The position numbers and the translations under genes were made by a program. 64,000 bases of DNA from Felis catus (lineage: Eukaryota): the NCBI RefSeq assembly GCF_018350175.1, contig NC_058368.1, forward strand, positions 152,274,001 to 152,338,000. The letters run 5' to 3'. This document shows, one piece after another, positions 25,654 to 39,730 of the stretch. How positions within the stretch are numbered: position 1 is the stretch's first letter; every line of letters begins with the position of its first letter. The notes below the pieces were generated by a model, which did no database searches, was not told the origin of the DNA, and worked only from the letters and a program-made list of their open reading frames with translations.

Positions 25654-28533
25654 CAATCTCCTCTCAGCAACACCTCCTCTCGACCAGGCTACAGGCTGCC
25701 CAATACAGGCACTTCAAAAGGAAATTTTAAAAGAGGAAAGAAACAGCTTTTGATATTTTGAGCAAGATGATAACTTCTTGGTAAGTTACACTGTAATAGC
25801 ACTTTTGTTAAATAGTAAGCATCTCTCCTGAGCCTATGCACAGTGACCTGCCAGTTCTCCTTGACTCAGAAGCCATGGCCCAGGCAGCTAGAGCATTCTG
25901 TGTCTCAGATCAGAGAGTGCTGGGAGTTTGGCCTTTGCCTCTACCAGGCCCCAGCCCCACTTTCCTACCAGAGGCTGCTAATAGCTAAAACCACCCTGCT
26001 CAGCCATCACAACTGGTCCACAGCCAAGTTGGCTGAAACTTGCCTGCACCAGACCCAATATGGCTAACAAGAACCTTTGTTCCCAGTACATTTGATGATC
26101 AAAATAGCATTGCATTTCCCTCTAAAGAAATGCAATTTTGTCTCTATTACAAGTAGTCTGATGTGTGGTAATCGAAGGGAGACACATTTTAAATTTGAGC
26201 TTTATGTTGTGACTAACATTAATTTAAATACCCTACATCAAAGAGCTGTGCTATTCTTCCAAACTGCTTTAAAACCCACCATGATTTTTTTGTTGTTTCA
26301 GAAACCCACAGTGCAATCTGCAATGCATTATAAATTTTGAGCGCAGAATCTTATCTATGTTTTCTTGCTCATTCCAAAACCCCCCAAAATACTGATCAGA
26401 GACAGTTCCCACATTCCAAGACTTAGTGCCACAAGCGTGCTGCAAGTTGAGAGAGAAAAGATTGAAAGTAACAGATGTTTGGGTTGCCTAGTCTTGTTAT
26501 TTTCAAGACTTCATCAACAATGCAAAGTTTTAAATTAGAAATGTACTATAGTTCTATTGTTCCCTATGGAAATTTCTAACTAAAACCAGAGTCTAAGAAT
26601 TCATTTTCAAACAAAAATTCTAACTTTGGTTTTAAGAGGGGGGGAAAAGTATCCTCTTAGAAGGGAAGACAGTTCACTCTGATGAGCCTCCCCTCTCCAG
26701 TCAGTGCTGCAGAGGAGAGCAGGATTCAATGAGTAGCAAGTGTTCTCCCACCTCTTGCAGACTTGGTGACTCCATGGGGTATGCTCCCTGGGCTCCTGCT
26801 GTCCAAAAGGGAGGCCGTAGGGGATGCTCACAGCCCCACTACAGTGAGAAAGTTTTGTAGGTCTGTTCTCACTACACTCAGGATAGCTCCACATGCGCTA
26901 TCCTGACTTGCTTCAAAGAGAGGAGAATTTTAGAAGCCCCTCCAGAAGGCTTGCCTGCATCAACTCCACCATCCATACTGCTCATCCCCTGCTAGGTTTG
27001 GCATACCCGGGAAGGAAATTATTAGCTCCCTCCTGGACTCAAAGGGAAGTGTGAGAAAAGTCTATTGTTTGCTCTCAAATCTGCATCCCTAGTGGCTGTC
27101 AGTTCACAAATTAGCCTACTTCAAGGAGACAGCAACACAGGGCTTAAATGATACAGGATTTCACAAAAGCTCTGATCCAGGGTTTGCTGGCTGAGGACGG
27201 ACCAACAAGTGAAACTGATAAAGCAGAGACAGTTTTAATTGAAAGTAGATTTACAGAAGGAAGTCAGTATCCTGTCACTTTTGTTATTGTTGTTGTTGTT
27301 GTCCTTAAAATCCTTTTGCTCTTTTATCCCAACCCTTACGTGAAAACATTCCTGACTACTCTAGCCCACAATGATCACTCCATTCTCTAAACTCTTAAAA
27401 ATACATACGGTTTCTGCTGCCAACTAAGCACTTTATTATATACCCACCTGTATTAGTGTCTGTATTATATTTTTAATACTGACTCCCTAAATTGATTTTG
27501 AGTGTCTCAAGGGCAGACAAAATGTCTTACACTTACTACCAGGACCTATCATGGAGATACTGGGGATGGGAGAATCCAAGAGAACCATTTGGCATAAGCC
27601 TCATATTCAAAAACAAGACTCAAATTTAGATTTTTGATGATATCTCCAAATGAGATTATACCTAGACTTTCATAGACATACTGGCAAGAGTTTTTAAAAG
27701 AAGCACTTCGTCCAACAACTTTAAATTCATCACAGTTTCTATGATCCTTTTTTGGCATTACTTTATTTTTCAATATCCCAGGAGCCTCAAGGAGAGAGAG
27801 AGTGACAGAGAGAGAGACAGAGACAGAGACAGAGGTGGCTCAGTTTGCCTCAGATTTCCTGTATTATCTGGCACCATGTTACAAAGAATATACTCAGAAA
27901 ATATTCTCTAATGGTCAACAGACAATCTGTGGCTTGATGTACAAATCTGGCATGGCCCTTTCCTATAACCCAACCAGAAGTTAGAGACCCAAGCAACTGA
28001 AAAGGACTCTGAGTAGACTGGCTAGAGTCCATCTCCAAAGCAATTTTGTCTTCAGAGACATCCCTCCTTGTGGGGAGCAAAACATTAGTATCAAAAGAAG
28101 GATGATGTCCTCTTATTTTGTTAATGAGGTACCCTCTGAAAACTTGGCCCTTTGAAATTTAAAGCAACAGAAACCAGAGACAATGGCTATGCTTACTTAA
28201 CCAGCTATGAGAAAGAGCCATACAGGCAACTGTCATGCATAGACAAAGGGATCTAAAATTCCCAGAACTCCAGTCAATGTATCTCTAAAAGTAATCTCAG
28301 AGAAGGACTATAACGTGATTGCAGTCTTCACAATCTCATAGATTCTTTGAAGAAAGATAGTGTAAAGCAAGTGTGTGAATAGTAAAGGGAAACACAAACT
28401 AGTCATGAGTTCATCGTGTGAGTTCACTTTGTAAAGAGACTCCAGGGCAGCTGGTAATCTTCAGGGGACTTGTCCTAAACCGCCCTTGTCTCTCTGAGGC
28501 ACCTCTTTCTGCCCCATTCTTGACTTTACTTGA

Positions 28534-28912
28534 TGTGGTAACCATTAGTTCTGTTTTCCAAATCATTCTGCCTCTCTGCCTTCTGGAACTTTGTAGAATG
28601 GCATTCCCTCCTTCTTCGCAGCGAGGCATGGCCTTGTAACTTGTTTTAGTCAATGAATGTGAGTGATCGAAGAACCAGTGAACAATTCACTATATCTCCA
28701 TTGTCCTGCCTTGCCTCACATAACATGGATCATAAAGCACAGAGGTGTAAATTCCCTCTGCCTGGGCCCTGAGTGAGAATGAACACAAGGCCTTCACTGA
28801 CTCACGGGGACCACTTGTCACGAGGACAAAATAAATAAAATTTATTCTTTTAAGTCATTGAAATCTTCAGATTATTTCTTACTACAGTATAACATACCCC
28901 ATTCTGATATAT
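28534..28912 (+). mobile_element. MaLR solo LTR (MLT1I/J-like)
   Basis: gcatggccttgtaacttgttttagtcaatgaa...cctgggccctgagtga...ttaagtcattgaaat...ttactacagtataac. Confidence 0.7.
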
Positions 28913-29087
28913 AAGAGCAGGGAAGAACTCAAAATGATTAATCCCCTGCCTCCCCAAACTGAAGTAACTTTGGGGTTTCACTCTTATATACCAGGGGATT
29001 GTAGAAGCCTCAGATGCGAGAGGCCCATTTTATGATAGCATCCACTGGACTTCCAAATTCTAAATGTTATTTTTATTTCAATCTCCT

Positions 29088-29275
29088 CAGAGAGTAAAAT
29101 TTAAATGTTCTCACTACAAAAAAAAATTATTGTGTGATGTGATGGGAGGGTTAACTAATGCTAGGATAGTAATCACTTTGCAATATAAAAGTATACCAAA
29201 CCAACACAATGTATACCTTAAACTTATACAATGTGATATGTCAGGTATATCCCAATAAAGCTGGAGACAAATAAA
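29088..29275 (+). mobile_element. Old L1 3' terminus
   Basis: ttaaatgttctcactac...tgtataccttaaacttatacaatgtgatatgtc...caataaagctgg. Confidence 0.8.
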
Positions 29276-29664
29276 GTAAGTCTCTTGTGGAAAAAGAAAT
29301 AAAACGTTATTTTTATTTTAAGACAAACACACACAGACGAGTACAAAGTGCCATAAATTTTTAAGATAAAAGAGAAAACGTCAAAAAATTTTGGAAGCAT
29401 AGGTTTAGAGGATGAAACCAGGAATCAGAGCAGAGAAGGGACCTTAGAGATGAGCAGTGTCAGGAAACAGAGGAGGAAGGTGTGGTGCAGAGAATCTACA
29501 TGACTTATCCAGAGTCCCCAGCCACTTAATGCAGTCCTGGCTGGCTGATTCCGATTCCAGTACTCTTTTTGCCATACCTTGACTGGGTAGGATAATGATT
29601 CTCCTAGTGTTCTCAACAATACAAGGGAAGAAAGGGATTCTCACATAAAAACCAGGCATCTTAC

Positions 29665-29811
29665 CTTCACTGTTCACTTGCAGGTGATTCCTTGGGTTGG
29701 TGCAATAAGGTGCTTATGCGATGGCAATGAGGTGACCCACTTCAAACCGTCACTTGTTCATAGAGAGATCTCATCTTATGTTTTCCTTTCTTTCCCAACT
29801 CCTCACTTTAC
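29665..29811 (-). other. Candidate non-coding exon (147 nt)
   Basis: Minus strand: tctttctccctag|gtaaag...gtgaag|gtaaga; stops in all frames. Confidence 0.3.
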
Positions 29812-29944
29812 CTAGGGAGAAAGATTTTTAAAAATAAACAGACTTGCCTTCCCCCACCACATGCCTCCAAAATTTTCCAGCTTTTGATCTTTAAATGTAA
29901 TCAATTGCCTGTATTTTGGGGTCATTAAATATAATGAGCTATTT

Positions 29945-30041
29945 TATATATATGCATATTATATATGTATATATTTTATATATGCATATATAATACGTGT
30001 GTATATGTTTATATATATGTATACATATATGTATATGTATA
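29945..30041. repeat. TA-rich low-complexity repeat
   Basis: Read directly. Confidence 0.85.
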
Positions 30042-32043
30042 TCAGAGAAGGTTCCTCAGTGCTAAACCACCCCTTTTAATAGCTTTCTTTGGAACAAAGC
30101 AGGGTTGAATAAAAAGCCTGCAGCCAGTTTAGTACTAGATCATTCTTAAAGTTATCTTAGGTAAGATTTGGAAGTGCCATGTATATTTTCTTTTTTAAGT
30201 TGGAACTTAGTTTTTTCATACTGTTTTGGAAATTTGTGAACCCAGATTTTCAAGTGGATGAATTGAAAATACATGAAAAGCGATCAGATTTTTAAAATTT
30301 TTAAAGGACTTAAAAATCATTAACCCACAATTTCAGATCAATAGCCTATAAAACTCAATATTCAAGTTCTACATCTTGTAAGTAGGGCCAGTTTCTGCTA
30401 CAGACATTATTGAATACTTGGCACTGTGAGATGCTCTGAGCCATGTTAAAGTCCATGCCATGCAATGTCCCTGAGCATTGACCCAGGTTCTTGATCACTC
30501 ATTTTTTTATGCACATTACTCACAAAAGAGGAATTTCTTTTGCTTTTGCACAAACCCCTCCAAGCCTTAACAAATCAATGTGTCTTTCCCTATTGTCCTC
30601 TCAGTAAACAAAATTTTTCCTGTGATGCTCTTTCGATGAAAATTGTTTCTAAAACAGTCAGTACCACTCGAGTCAGATTTTCATGATTCCATTGTCATTG
30701 TAGGTATGGAAGGAAAGTTTGCAAGACATTTCCAAAAGCTCTCAAACTAAACATCACAGGAATGTCCCCATTCCACCTATCCAAATTTGTGCCCCGTTCC
30801 TCCTTACCAAAACCTTCTCTTTTAGGGTCATCTCTCCAGCAGTATTTCACAATGATTCCATTTCCACTCTTTCCCTCATATTATTTTACCACATGCACAT
30901 ACCCCATGTCTGTGTTGCACAAACTCTTCTCTCTACCCAGCTAAATCCTAACAAAGCCTAACTTTTGAAGCCTAATCCAAGTTCCAAAATTTTCTGGAGG
31001 ACGCTCCCTATTAACTCTACCTTCGACAATAACCCACTTCTGTGAATTCCAACCTCAACTGCCAGGCTTGCCCTACATTTGGGTGTTTAGTCTTCTCTGC
31101 TTTGCACTATCATGTAGCTGCTTCATTGCAAATGTCTTCATTCTTTGATTTGATCAAAATGTCACAGAAAGGAGGAAACATATGTAAACCAGAGAATGAA
31201 ATACACCAGGAAAAGCCTATATAGCTAATAAGACCTTCCTATCTTGTCCAATTCGTAGTTCAGCCACTTTCAGAAATATTCCGGGTCTTATTTACAATGG
31301 CCCAGGGAGGCAGACAGAGCTTTACCTCTACCCATTCACCACAATAACCACCCCCCCAAATTGTTTGCCCTATGGAGTCAGACTAAAATAAAGGCCCGAA
31401 CTCAGATAACCCCAGGGAGCCATTCTAGCAAACGGACTATTCCACCAATAGGGCTGAAACATCAGCCAAGGCCAGGTGGTGAGAAGCTAGCAGACAGTGG
31501 TGATGTGTCAGAGCCAGAGAAAATCCAGACCCAGCCACGGTCAGCTGCAGACTCTGCCGTCATTCCCTCCAGGTATAATCTACTTCCAGAAATAGTATGC
31601 ATCACAAAGATGACCACAGAGTATAGGCATCCTTGACACATCAGGAAATAGGATCTCGAAAAGGCATGTACCTATATCCTATAAGCAAGTTTCTCACTGT
31701 AAATAAAAGTAAAGATGGAAGGAGATTTCTATTACCTGTGAAAAATAATATATACTTCCATTCACATTTCAAAGTTTTGGCTGTGTGGCGGGTTTAGTGG
31801 ACAGTGGAGAAATTTCAGTGTTTTTTTTTTCTGCATCTTTTCTGCATTAGTCAGTAACATTGTTGAGATGGCAAATCAGTTCACTTTTCCTAGCCTCACA
31901 GAGGTACCGCTGTGTATGCACACACACATACCCATACATGTACACACACACTATCTTTCTTATACTTTAATTTTTTTGCTTAACATTACAGTCAATGTGT
32001 AGCACAGGTGGTGGTCCATACAGAGGCAAAAATGCTATTTTAA

Positions 32044-32249
32044 GGTTTTTTTAATTTATTTTTGAGACAGAGAGAGACAGAGCATGAGCAGGGGAGTGGC
32101 AGAGAGAAAAGGAGACACAGAATCCAAAGCAGGCTCCAGGCTCTGAGCTGTCAGCACAGAGCCTGACGCAGGGCTTGAACTCACGGACTGTGAGATCATG
32201 ACCTGAGCTGAAGTTGGATGCTTAACTGACTGAGCCACCCTGGCACTCT
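32044..32249 (-). mobile_element. Can-SINE (SINEC_Fc)
   Basis: Perfect 18-bp TSD gcaaaaatgctattttaa at 32026-32043 and 32250-32267. Confidence 0.97.
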
Positions 32250-32300
32250 GCAAAAATGCTATTTTAAAGTTGCTTTCAGTTTGTTCCTGCCGTTCTAGGG

Positions 32301-32492
32301 CAGCCATTCTCTACCAGGGATGATTCTGGCCCCAAGAGACATTTGAAAATGTCTGGAAACATTTTGGGGTGTCATAACTGGGGTCAAAAGCTACTGGCAT
32401 TCTGCTAAACATCTTACAATACAGAGGACGATCTCTCACAGAAAAGAATGATTAGGTCCAAAATATCAATAGTGTCAAGTTTGAGAAACCCA
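32301..32492. mobile_element. MER20 hAT-Charlie element
   Basis: gacatttgaaaatgtctggaaacatttt...gctactggcat...ccaaaatatcaatagtgtcaagtttgagaaacc. Confidence 0.85.
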
Positions 32493-34989
32493 ATCTGATC
32501 TAGGGATAAAAGCAGTACATAGTTTTAGGAAAAGAGTACATCATGTTTAAAGGAAATTACTTTACTGGCCTTTGTTTTATGCAAAAGAAAAACCAACATC
32601 TGGTTCTGAAATAGGGAAGTTCAGACTAAGGTTGAGTGATGGCTTTATGAACAGCATCTCTGTGGAAACCAGTATGTTGTTAACTTCATTTCAAAATTTT
32701 TGGCTAGGATGAGAAATGAAGAGGGAGACAAGAACAAATGTCCCAGATTTCCAGGAAGAACTGATTTGAGAGGACTCCCTTTTTAAGGGAGATAAAATGA
32801 CCCTGAACAATGTCACAGTAGGCAAAGAGCTAAGAAGAGTCAGTCAAATGAATGCTCACAAATATGACCATAACCAGGTATTTAGGTTCTTTGGACACCA
32901 ACTTTTAACCGCATCATCTGTTCAAATGACCTCCTTTCAGCCACTTGCACTGATGCTGTACTTATTGATAAACATCTCAATAAATAGTTTCCACCCAACT
33001 GAGAATTGAAAGAAAGAAAAGCCAAATCCTCTAGGATCACAAGAGCAGCAGGAGAAAACTAGCAGACTTCACGGTGCCCAAATCAAGAAGCCTTCACCTA
33101 TGTGATACTTTCACCTGGGACTGACCCAGGCTGTGCTGCTTGGAATTCCAGCTCAGTACCTTAGCGTGTCACAGACCCCTGTCATACAATGACTCCCAGC
33201 TCCCTTTCCAGACTTGGAAGCACTCCATTAGAGACCCATCATTATCCACCATAGAACTTCGAAGAGAAAATTGAGTTGAATAAATTATTAGCAATTTCAT
33301 AATAAACTTCAAATCATCTTCCATACATTTTCCTCAAACTGCCAGAGTAATTTGTATATTAAACATTTAGATCGTACCATCCTTCCTTGTCAAGTCTCCC
33401 TTGTGAGAGATTGCTAAGCAAGGAGGAGACCATTACATTCCAGGAGAGTGTAAGTTCAGAAGGGCTCAAGGCAGACCGTGAGCTGGAAGACTTCTCGAAT
33501 GTTTGCCAGCTCTGTGATTTTGTAGTTTTATGATTTCAGATGAAGAACCCAACAGAACACTGAGAAACTTTCCCCACAAAAGAAAAGGAAGTCCGTGGAA
33601 AAGCCAGCATTAGACAATGCCTGGCTTCTTAAGCTATCTCCTAAAATATGAAATATAGTTTTGAACCATCGATAATTGTGTTTTCCCTTTATTCAGAACC
33701 TCTATTGGAAGAAGTGGACATTAGAAGATAGCACTTGTTTGCATTTGTAAACATCCCAAAAACAGCACACAGAAGGACAAAAGAGCCTGGAAAGACCATC
33801 ATGAGATTCTTGGTTTGGGTGCCTAACAGAACTCCAAGCATGAGTAGCAGTTACATTTTGGGTAACAGTGTGGACCTAAGTTCATTTCTTTCTTGTATCT
33901 TACACAGTGTGTTTACACCTGCCCACCCAAACAGAAGAAATATTAATACAGTGATTTCAGACAAAGTTACAGTCCAGTTGGCCTAAAACACTGGGAACAT
34001 CAGCAATGTCCCTTAGTGAGTTCTTCACACAAATCCCTATGATTTGGGGTTGCTCTGACATTAAAATTACCCTACATATTGTTTCCATCTTCTTCTGTTT
34101 GCCCAGTGCTAGAACACAGAAATGTTATTAACTCATAGCGCACACATACACACAAACATACTCACGCACGCACACACAAAGAGCTCAGCTTGTCAACAGC
34201 TTTGGTGGAATAAAATACAAATGATAATTAGAAACATGTGTCCCCAGCAAAGAGGCACAGAAACTAAAAGGTCATCTTTTTCCAAATGACCTAATTAGAA
34301 AAGCATGGAGTGCTGGCTACAGTATAATGGTTTTACACAGCTTTTAACTCAGACTTCCTGTTTTAAAACAGTGCAATTTACTGCTCCTGTAGCAAATATG
34401 AATTGTCACTTAATGCCAACAGAATTACGCCTCACAACACCACCTGCCTCCAGCAATCTCCTCATTGTTAGACCCATCAGCTGAGGACTGCTGATTTACC
34501 ATCCCAGAATGACCATTTAGAACCTACTGCCAGGACTGCTGCCAAGTTGAGAACAAGGATTTCACGTAGAAGAGAGCCCACGAGGTACTTTACATTAATG
34601 CCGATTGAAATATGCATGAATAGAGCAAAGGGAAAAGCAGTTGTTCCAAATCAGACTATCAGTGAATGCTTCTTAGATTCCTTTTTCTGGTCCCAGAGCT
34701 AAGATTTTGATGCTGAATAATTTTAATTGCCCAGAGACAATAGACACACACACTGGCTGAAAATGCCGCATGGTAGAAACTCACACAGGCACCCAAATAG
34801 AATTGCCGTTTTAAATAGATGCCTGTGTAAATTTGTATTTAATCTCTCTCATATTTATTCAATATGTTGTGATGTTTCATTAAGTATTCATTTTGCTTGT
34901 CTGTTTCATTGCCTCAGTTCTCCCAACTGAAACACCTAACTAATGCTATGAGGAAGAACATTTATCCAAGGCTCTAAAGAATTGAAAAT

Positions 34990-35320
34990 ACAATAACAGC
35001 AAATGGTGCCCAACTATGAACTGTGTTTCCAACCTCTCTTGTAGCTAAGTGTACTCATATGACTAAGTTTAGGCCTGAAGGATATGAATGGAAGGGATGA
35101 ATACAACTTCTGAGTCACCTTTGTACAAACTGTTTGCCTTGAATCCTCCATCCCGTCACTGGCTGTGGAATGGTGATGACCTGAGTCATCTTGGGTGACA
35201 GAGCTGCTCTTGACAGCCTGCACCATTCACCTATACACTTTTCCGTGAGAGAAAAATAAATTGATAGCACTCTTAAGACATTACAGAGCAGGTACACATT
35301 GTTGGGTTTTTTTGGCACCT
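34990..35320 (+). mobile_element. MaLR LTR (MLT1J/H-like), interrupted near its 3' end by L1
   Basis: ctcttgtagctaagtgt...atgactaagttt...gtgagagaaaaataaa. Confidence 0.6.
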
Positions 35321-35329
35321 ACACATCTT

Positions 35330-37218
35330 TTACTTTATTTTTTTTTTGGAGTTTTGAGTTTTTATTTAAATTTTAGTTAACATATAGTCTAATATTAGTT
35401 TCGGGAGTAGAATTTAGGGACTTATCACTTACATACAACATCCAGTGCTCATCACAAGTGCCCTCCTTAATATCCATCACCCACTTAAACCATCCTCTCA
35501 CTCACCTCCCATCCAGCAACCTCCCTCTCTCTTTATTTTCCCCAATGTTCATCTGTTTCATTAGTTAAATTCCACATATGAGTGAAATCGTACGGTATTT
35601 GTCTTTTTCTGACTTATTTCTCTTAGCATAATACATTCTTGCTCCATCCAAGTTGATGCAAATAACAAGATTTCATTCTTTTAAATGGCTGAGTAATATT
35701 CTATTGTGTATATAAATGCCACATCTTCTTTATCCATTCATCACCTGATGGACATTTGGGTTCTTTCCATATTTGGCTATTTTTGATAATGCTGCTATAA
35801 ACATCAGGGTGAATGTATCTCTTTGAATCTGTACTTTTGTACTCTTTGGGTAAATACCTAGTAGTATAATTGCCAGAACGTAGGGTAGTTCTATTTTTAA
35901 CTTTTTGAGGAACCTCCATACCGTTTTCCAGAGTGGCTGCACCAGTTTGTGTTCCCACCAACAGTGTAAGAGGGTTCCCCTTTTTCTGCACCCTTGCCAA
36001 CATCTATTGTTTTCTGAGTTGTTAATTTTAGCCATTCTGACAGGGGTAAGGTGGCATCTCATGGTGGTTTTGATTTGTATTTCCCTGATGATGAGTGGTG
36101 TTGAGCATCTTTTCATGTGTCTGTTGGCCATCTGGATGTCTTCTTTGCAAAAGTGTCTATTCATGTCTTCTGCCCATTTCTTCACTGGATTATTTGTTTT
36201 TTGGGTGTTGAGTTTGATAGGTTCTTTATAGATTTTGGATACTAACTCTTTATCTGATATGCTATTTGCAAATATCTTTTCCGAAGCCGAAGGTTGCCTT
36301 TTAGTTTTGTCAACTATTTCCTTCACTGTACAGAAGCTTTTTATCTTGATGAAGTCCCAATACTTCATTTTTGCTTTTGTTTGTTTCCCTTGCCTCCAGA
36401 GATGTGTCTAATAAAAAGTTGCTATGGTCAATGTCAAAAAGGATGCCGCCTATGTTCTCCTCTGGGATTTTGATGTTTTCCTGTCTCACATTTAGATTTT
36501 TCATCCATTTTGAATTTATTTTTGTGTATGGTGTAGAAAAGTGCCCCAGATTCATTCTTTTGCATGTTGTGGTTCAGTTTTCTCAACACCATTTGTTGAA
36601 AAGACTACCTTTTTTCCATTAGATATTCTTTCCTGCTTTGTTGAAGATTATTTGACCATATAGTTGTGGGTCCATTTCTGGGTTCTCTAGTCTGATCTAT
36701 GTGTCTGTTTTTGTGCCAGTACTATACTTTCTTGATCACTATAGCTTTGTAATATAACTTAAGTCTAGAATTGTGATGCCTCCTGTTTTGCTTTTCTTTT
36801 TCAAGATTGCTTTGCCTATTTCAGGTCTTTTGTGGATCCGTACAAGTTTGAGGACTGTTTGTTCTAGCTCTCTGAAAACTGTGGTATTTAGATAGGGGTT
36901 GCATTAAATGTGTAGATTGCTTTGGGTAGTATAGATATTTGAACAATATTTGTTCTTCCAATCCATGAGCATGGAATGTTTTTCCATTTCTCTGTATCCT
37001 CTTCAATTTCTTTCATAAGTGTGCCATAATTTTCAGAGTACATATCTTTTATTTCTTAGTCAGGTTTGTTATTAGATATCTTAAAGTTTTTGGTTCAATT
37101 GTGAATGGTATCAATTCCTTGATTTCTCTCTGCTGCTTCATTTTTGGTGTAGAGAAATGTAACAGATTTCTATATGTTGATTTGGTATCCTGCAACTTCA
37201 CTGAATTTGCGTGTCAGC
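35330..37218 (-). mobile_element. 5'-truncated carnivore L1 (~1.9 kb; ORF2 3' part and 3' UTR)
   Basis: ORF 35730-36368 encodes the L1 ORF2p C-terminus ([11 protein letters not shown]...RCWQGC...HCWWE...QPLWK); frameshifts; poly-T at 35330. Confidence 0.97.
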
Positions 37219-37883
37219 CTGTACCTCACCTGAGAAAACAGAAGCATCAAGAAGTTGCTCCCTCTCATTGTGCCTTTGGTTTGTGTGTATCTCTTGAATT
37301 GTTCAGTACATTAGTGAACCAAAGAGAAAGCGATCTTAGACTAATACTTGAACTTAAATCAGTCTTAAAGATCAAACATAGTTCATGGGATCTTTTCTAT
37401 AAAATGAGGAGGATGAGTGTTTTGGAGTTTCAAAATCCTATGGTCTAAGGTTCTATACTTCACTATGACTTGAAGTAGATCAGATATCAATTCTTTTCAT
37501 CCATTATATCAAAAAAGATATATCTATAAATTCTGTTTCTAGATAAAAAGACTTTTGATACATGCACTTCCTTCATTTAATACTTTTTTTTGCAATACTT
37601 TAAATTCCTCTATTTCTACTGGCTCCTTCTCTGTACACTTAATCACATAAAGGTCTATTTCAATTTATAAAATGTTTTTGTTGGATTCTTCTGCACCTTA
37701 GATAATTTTATTTTATATATTCCTTTCTCAGTTTATATTTTGCAAATGTGTGGGCTAGGTCGACTATCTCTAAGACTACATTCTCATTCTCTTCTTAAAT
37801 CCCTGAAACCTGTGCCTCTTTCTTTCCAGTTTACTAAAATCTTAAAAGATAACTACTCTAAACAAACATTAAAAAAAAAAAGT

Positions 37884-38085
37884 GGGGCACCTGGGTGGCT
37901 CGGTCAGTTGAGCGTCCAACTTCGGCTCAGGTATGATCTCGTGGTCTGTGGATTCAAGCCCCGCGTCGGGCTCGGTGCTGACAGCTCAGAGCATGGAGGT
38001 TGCTTCGGATTCTGTGTCTCCCTCTCTCTCTGCCCCTCCCCCGCTCATGCTCTGTCTCTCTCTCTGTCAAAAATAAACATTAAAA
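37884..38085 (+). mobile_element. Can-SINE (SINEC_Fc, relatively young, CpGs retained)
   Basis: 17-bp TSD aaaagataactactcta at 37844-37860 and 38086-38102. Confidence 0.97.
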
Positions 38086-38239
38086 AAAAGATAACTACTC
38101 TATTTTCCTAATTCTTATATTCCTGAACCATTGTCATTATCCAACAAACAATTGTTGAGCCTCTCCTGTGTAACATGAGAGAAACAGATTAGAATACAAA
38201 GCAAAGTTCTTGAGGATCTTGCCACTTTGTAGCACTGGA

Positions 38240-38600
38240 CTCTTTTAAAGAATTTCCTTGAACTTGCCTTGATTAGCATGGATACACCATTCTGCTTCTC
38301 ATACTGTATCTATGATTATTCCATTATTCTCTCTTGGTTATTTTTCCTCTACCAATAGCCCTTAATAGGGGTTTTCTCCCCCTCTCAGTAGCAGGTCTGC
38401 TGTTGTGTCTCTCTACTCTCTTCTTTTGGAAATAGCATCAGTTCTCCTGGCTTCAATTATCACCTCTTATGAATGATTCTCATTTGTCTCTAGGCATAAA
38501 TTTTCTCCCAAGTTTCGGTTTCAAATTCCTAATTACACCTCATTATCCATTACATGTTGAAATTCCAACATGTCCAAAACTAACCTAAATTCATTTTCCT
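38240..38600 (+). mobile_element. L2 fragment
   Basis: ctcctggcttcaattatcacctc...atgattctcatttg...caacatgtccaaaactaac. Confidence 0.65.
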
Positions 38601-39289
38601 TGCACATACTCCCATCCCCACACTCTACCTAATATATTCCCGTAATGACATATACACTAACTTCCTTATCTCTCCCTTTCTCTTCATAGCTTAGGCAGGC
38701 CTTCCTGTACCACAATAGGAACAGAAGTTCCAATCGAAGCAACTTATTTCCTTGGCTGCTTTAATTCGAGCAACTCAATCACAGCAAAAGGAGAGCAAGC
38801 ATTTGCCTTTTCTCAGAGTATGGTTTCTTCCATGCAGTGCCAAGTAGTTGGGAAATGAAGGAAGGTCAATAAGCAATTACATAATTTACTACCAACATTA
38901 ACCTGACAAGAATTAGTGGGAGAAGTAATGTGCTCAATCCCCAAAGAGATCTCAAATACTCAGGCTTTGATGAATATATTTATAAAAGCATTTTATTGCA
39001 GAACCAATTAGATGAGTATTCCTTGTTCCCTCCATTTTTGTATTATTATAAAATAGGAAAGTACATGTTTCCTTTCCCTTCCATGACTATGGTTGATGCT
39101 AAACATACCTGTCTATTGTCCTTTTACTTTGGGTTCCACTTTCTGTCAGAAACCTGTTTTTCTTGGATTATGTTTTACATGTTTACATATTTCAAAAAAA
39201 AACTATGAGACCTACTTTTGTATTATTTTATAGAACAAATAAACACACACATTTCACACACACATATTTTTTGTTTGCTTTATCATTTA

Positions 39290-39730
39290 GAGTTCTTGGA
39301 TACAAGTGGACACAGAAGGATTCTTAAAGAATGCACATAGAGTGTCCAAGATCACCTAACAATGAGGCTTAGAGGCTATTTAATCAGGAGCAATGCCCAA
39401 AGCAAACTGAAGGACTACCCAGAAAAGACCCCACCTACACAGCCCAGGGCACCCAGGACAGGACACTAGAATGTATTCTATTGATGCTCTGGAAAGCCAG
39501 ATATCCCTGCCACCACCTTCACCTGAAATGACTTACTCATTGGGCCTCCTTTGTCCCACTGCTCACTTCTAAACTGAAATCTCACTGAGAGCTATCTGAT
39601 TGGTGATACCTCAGTTGCATGACTATATCATATCTGTAAGGGAAGTTGTGAAAGTGAATTACTACCCTCAGCTTCAGAGAGGGACTAATAAGGTAAGTTC
39701 TATTGTCAAACTAGAAAGGGTATTTAGGGA
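39290..39730 (-). mobile_element. Degraded ERVL-MaLR LTR
   Basis: atctgattggtgatacctcagttgcatg...ctgtaagggaagttgtgaaagtga resembles a reverse MLT1J/K. Confidence 0.45.

Noticed and set aside
35730..36368. 212-aa ORF as a host gene
   Set aside because: It is the L1 ORF2p C-terminus inside a truncated, frameshifted L1.
37884..37970. tRNA gene
   Set aside because: tRNA-derived head of a Can-SINE; the same applies to all SINE heads here.
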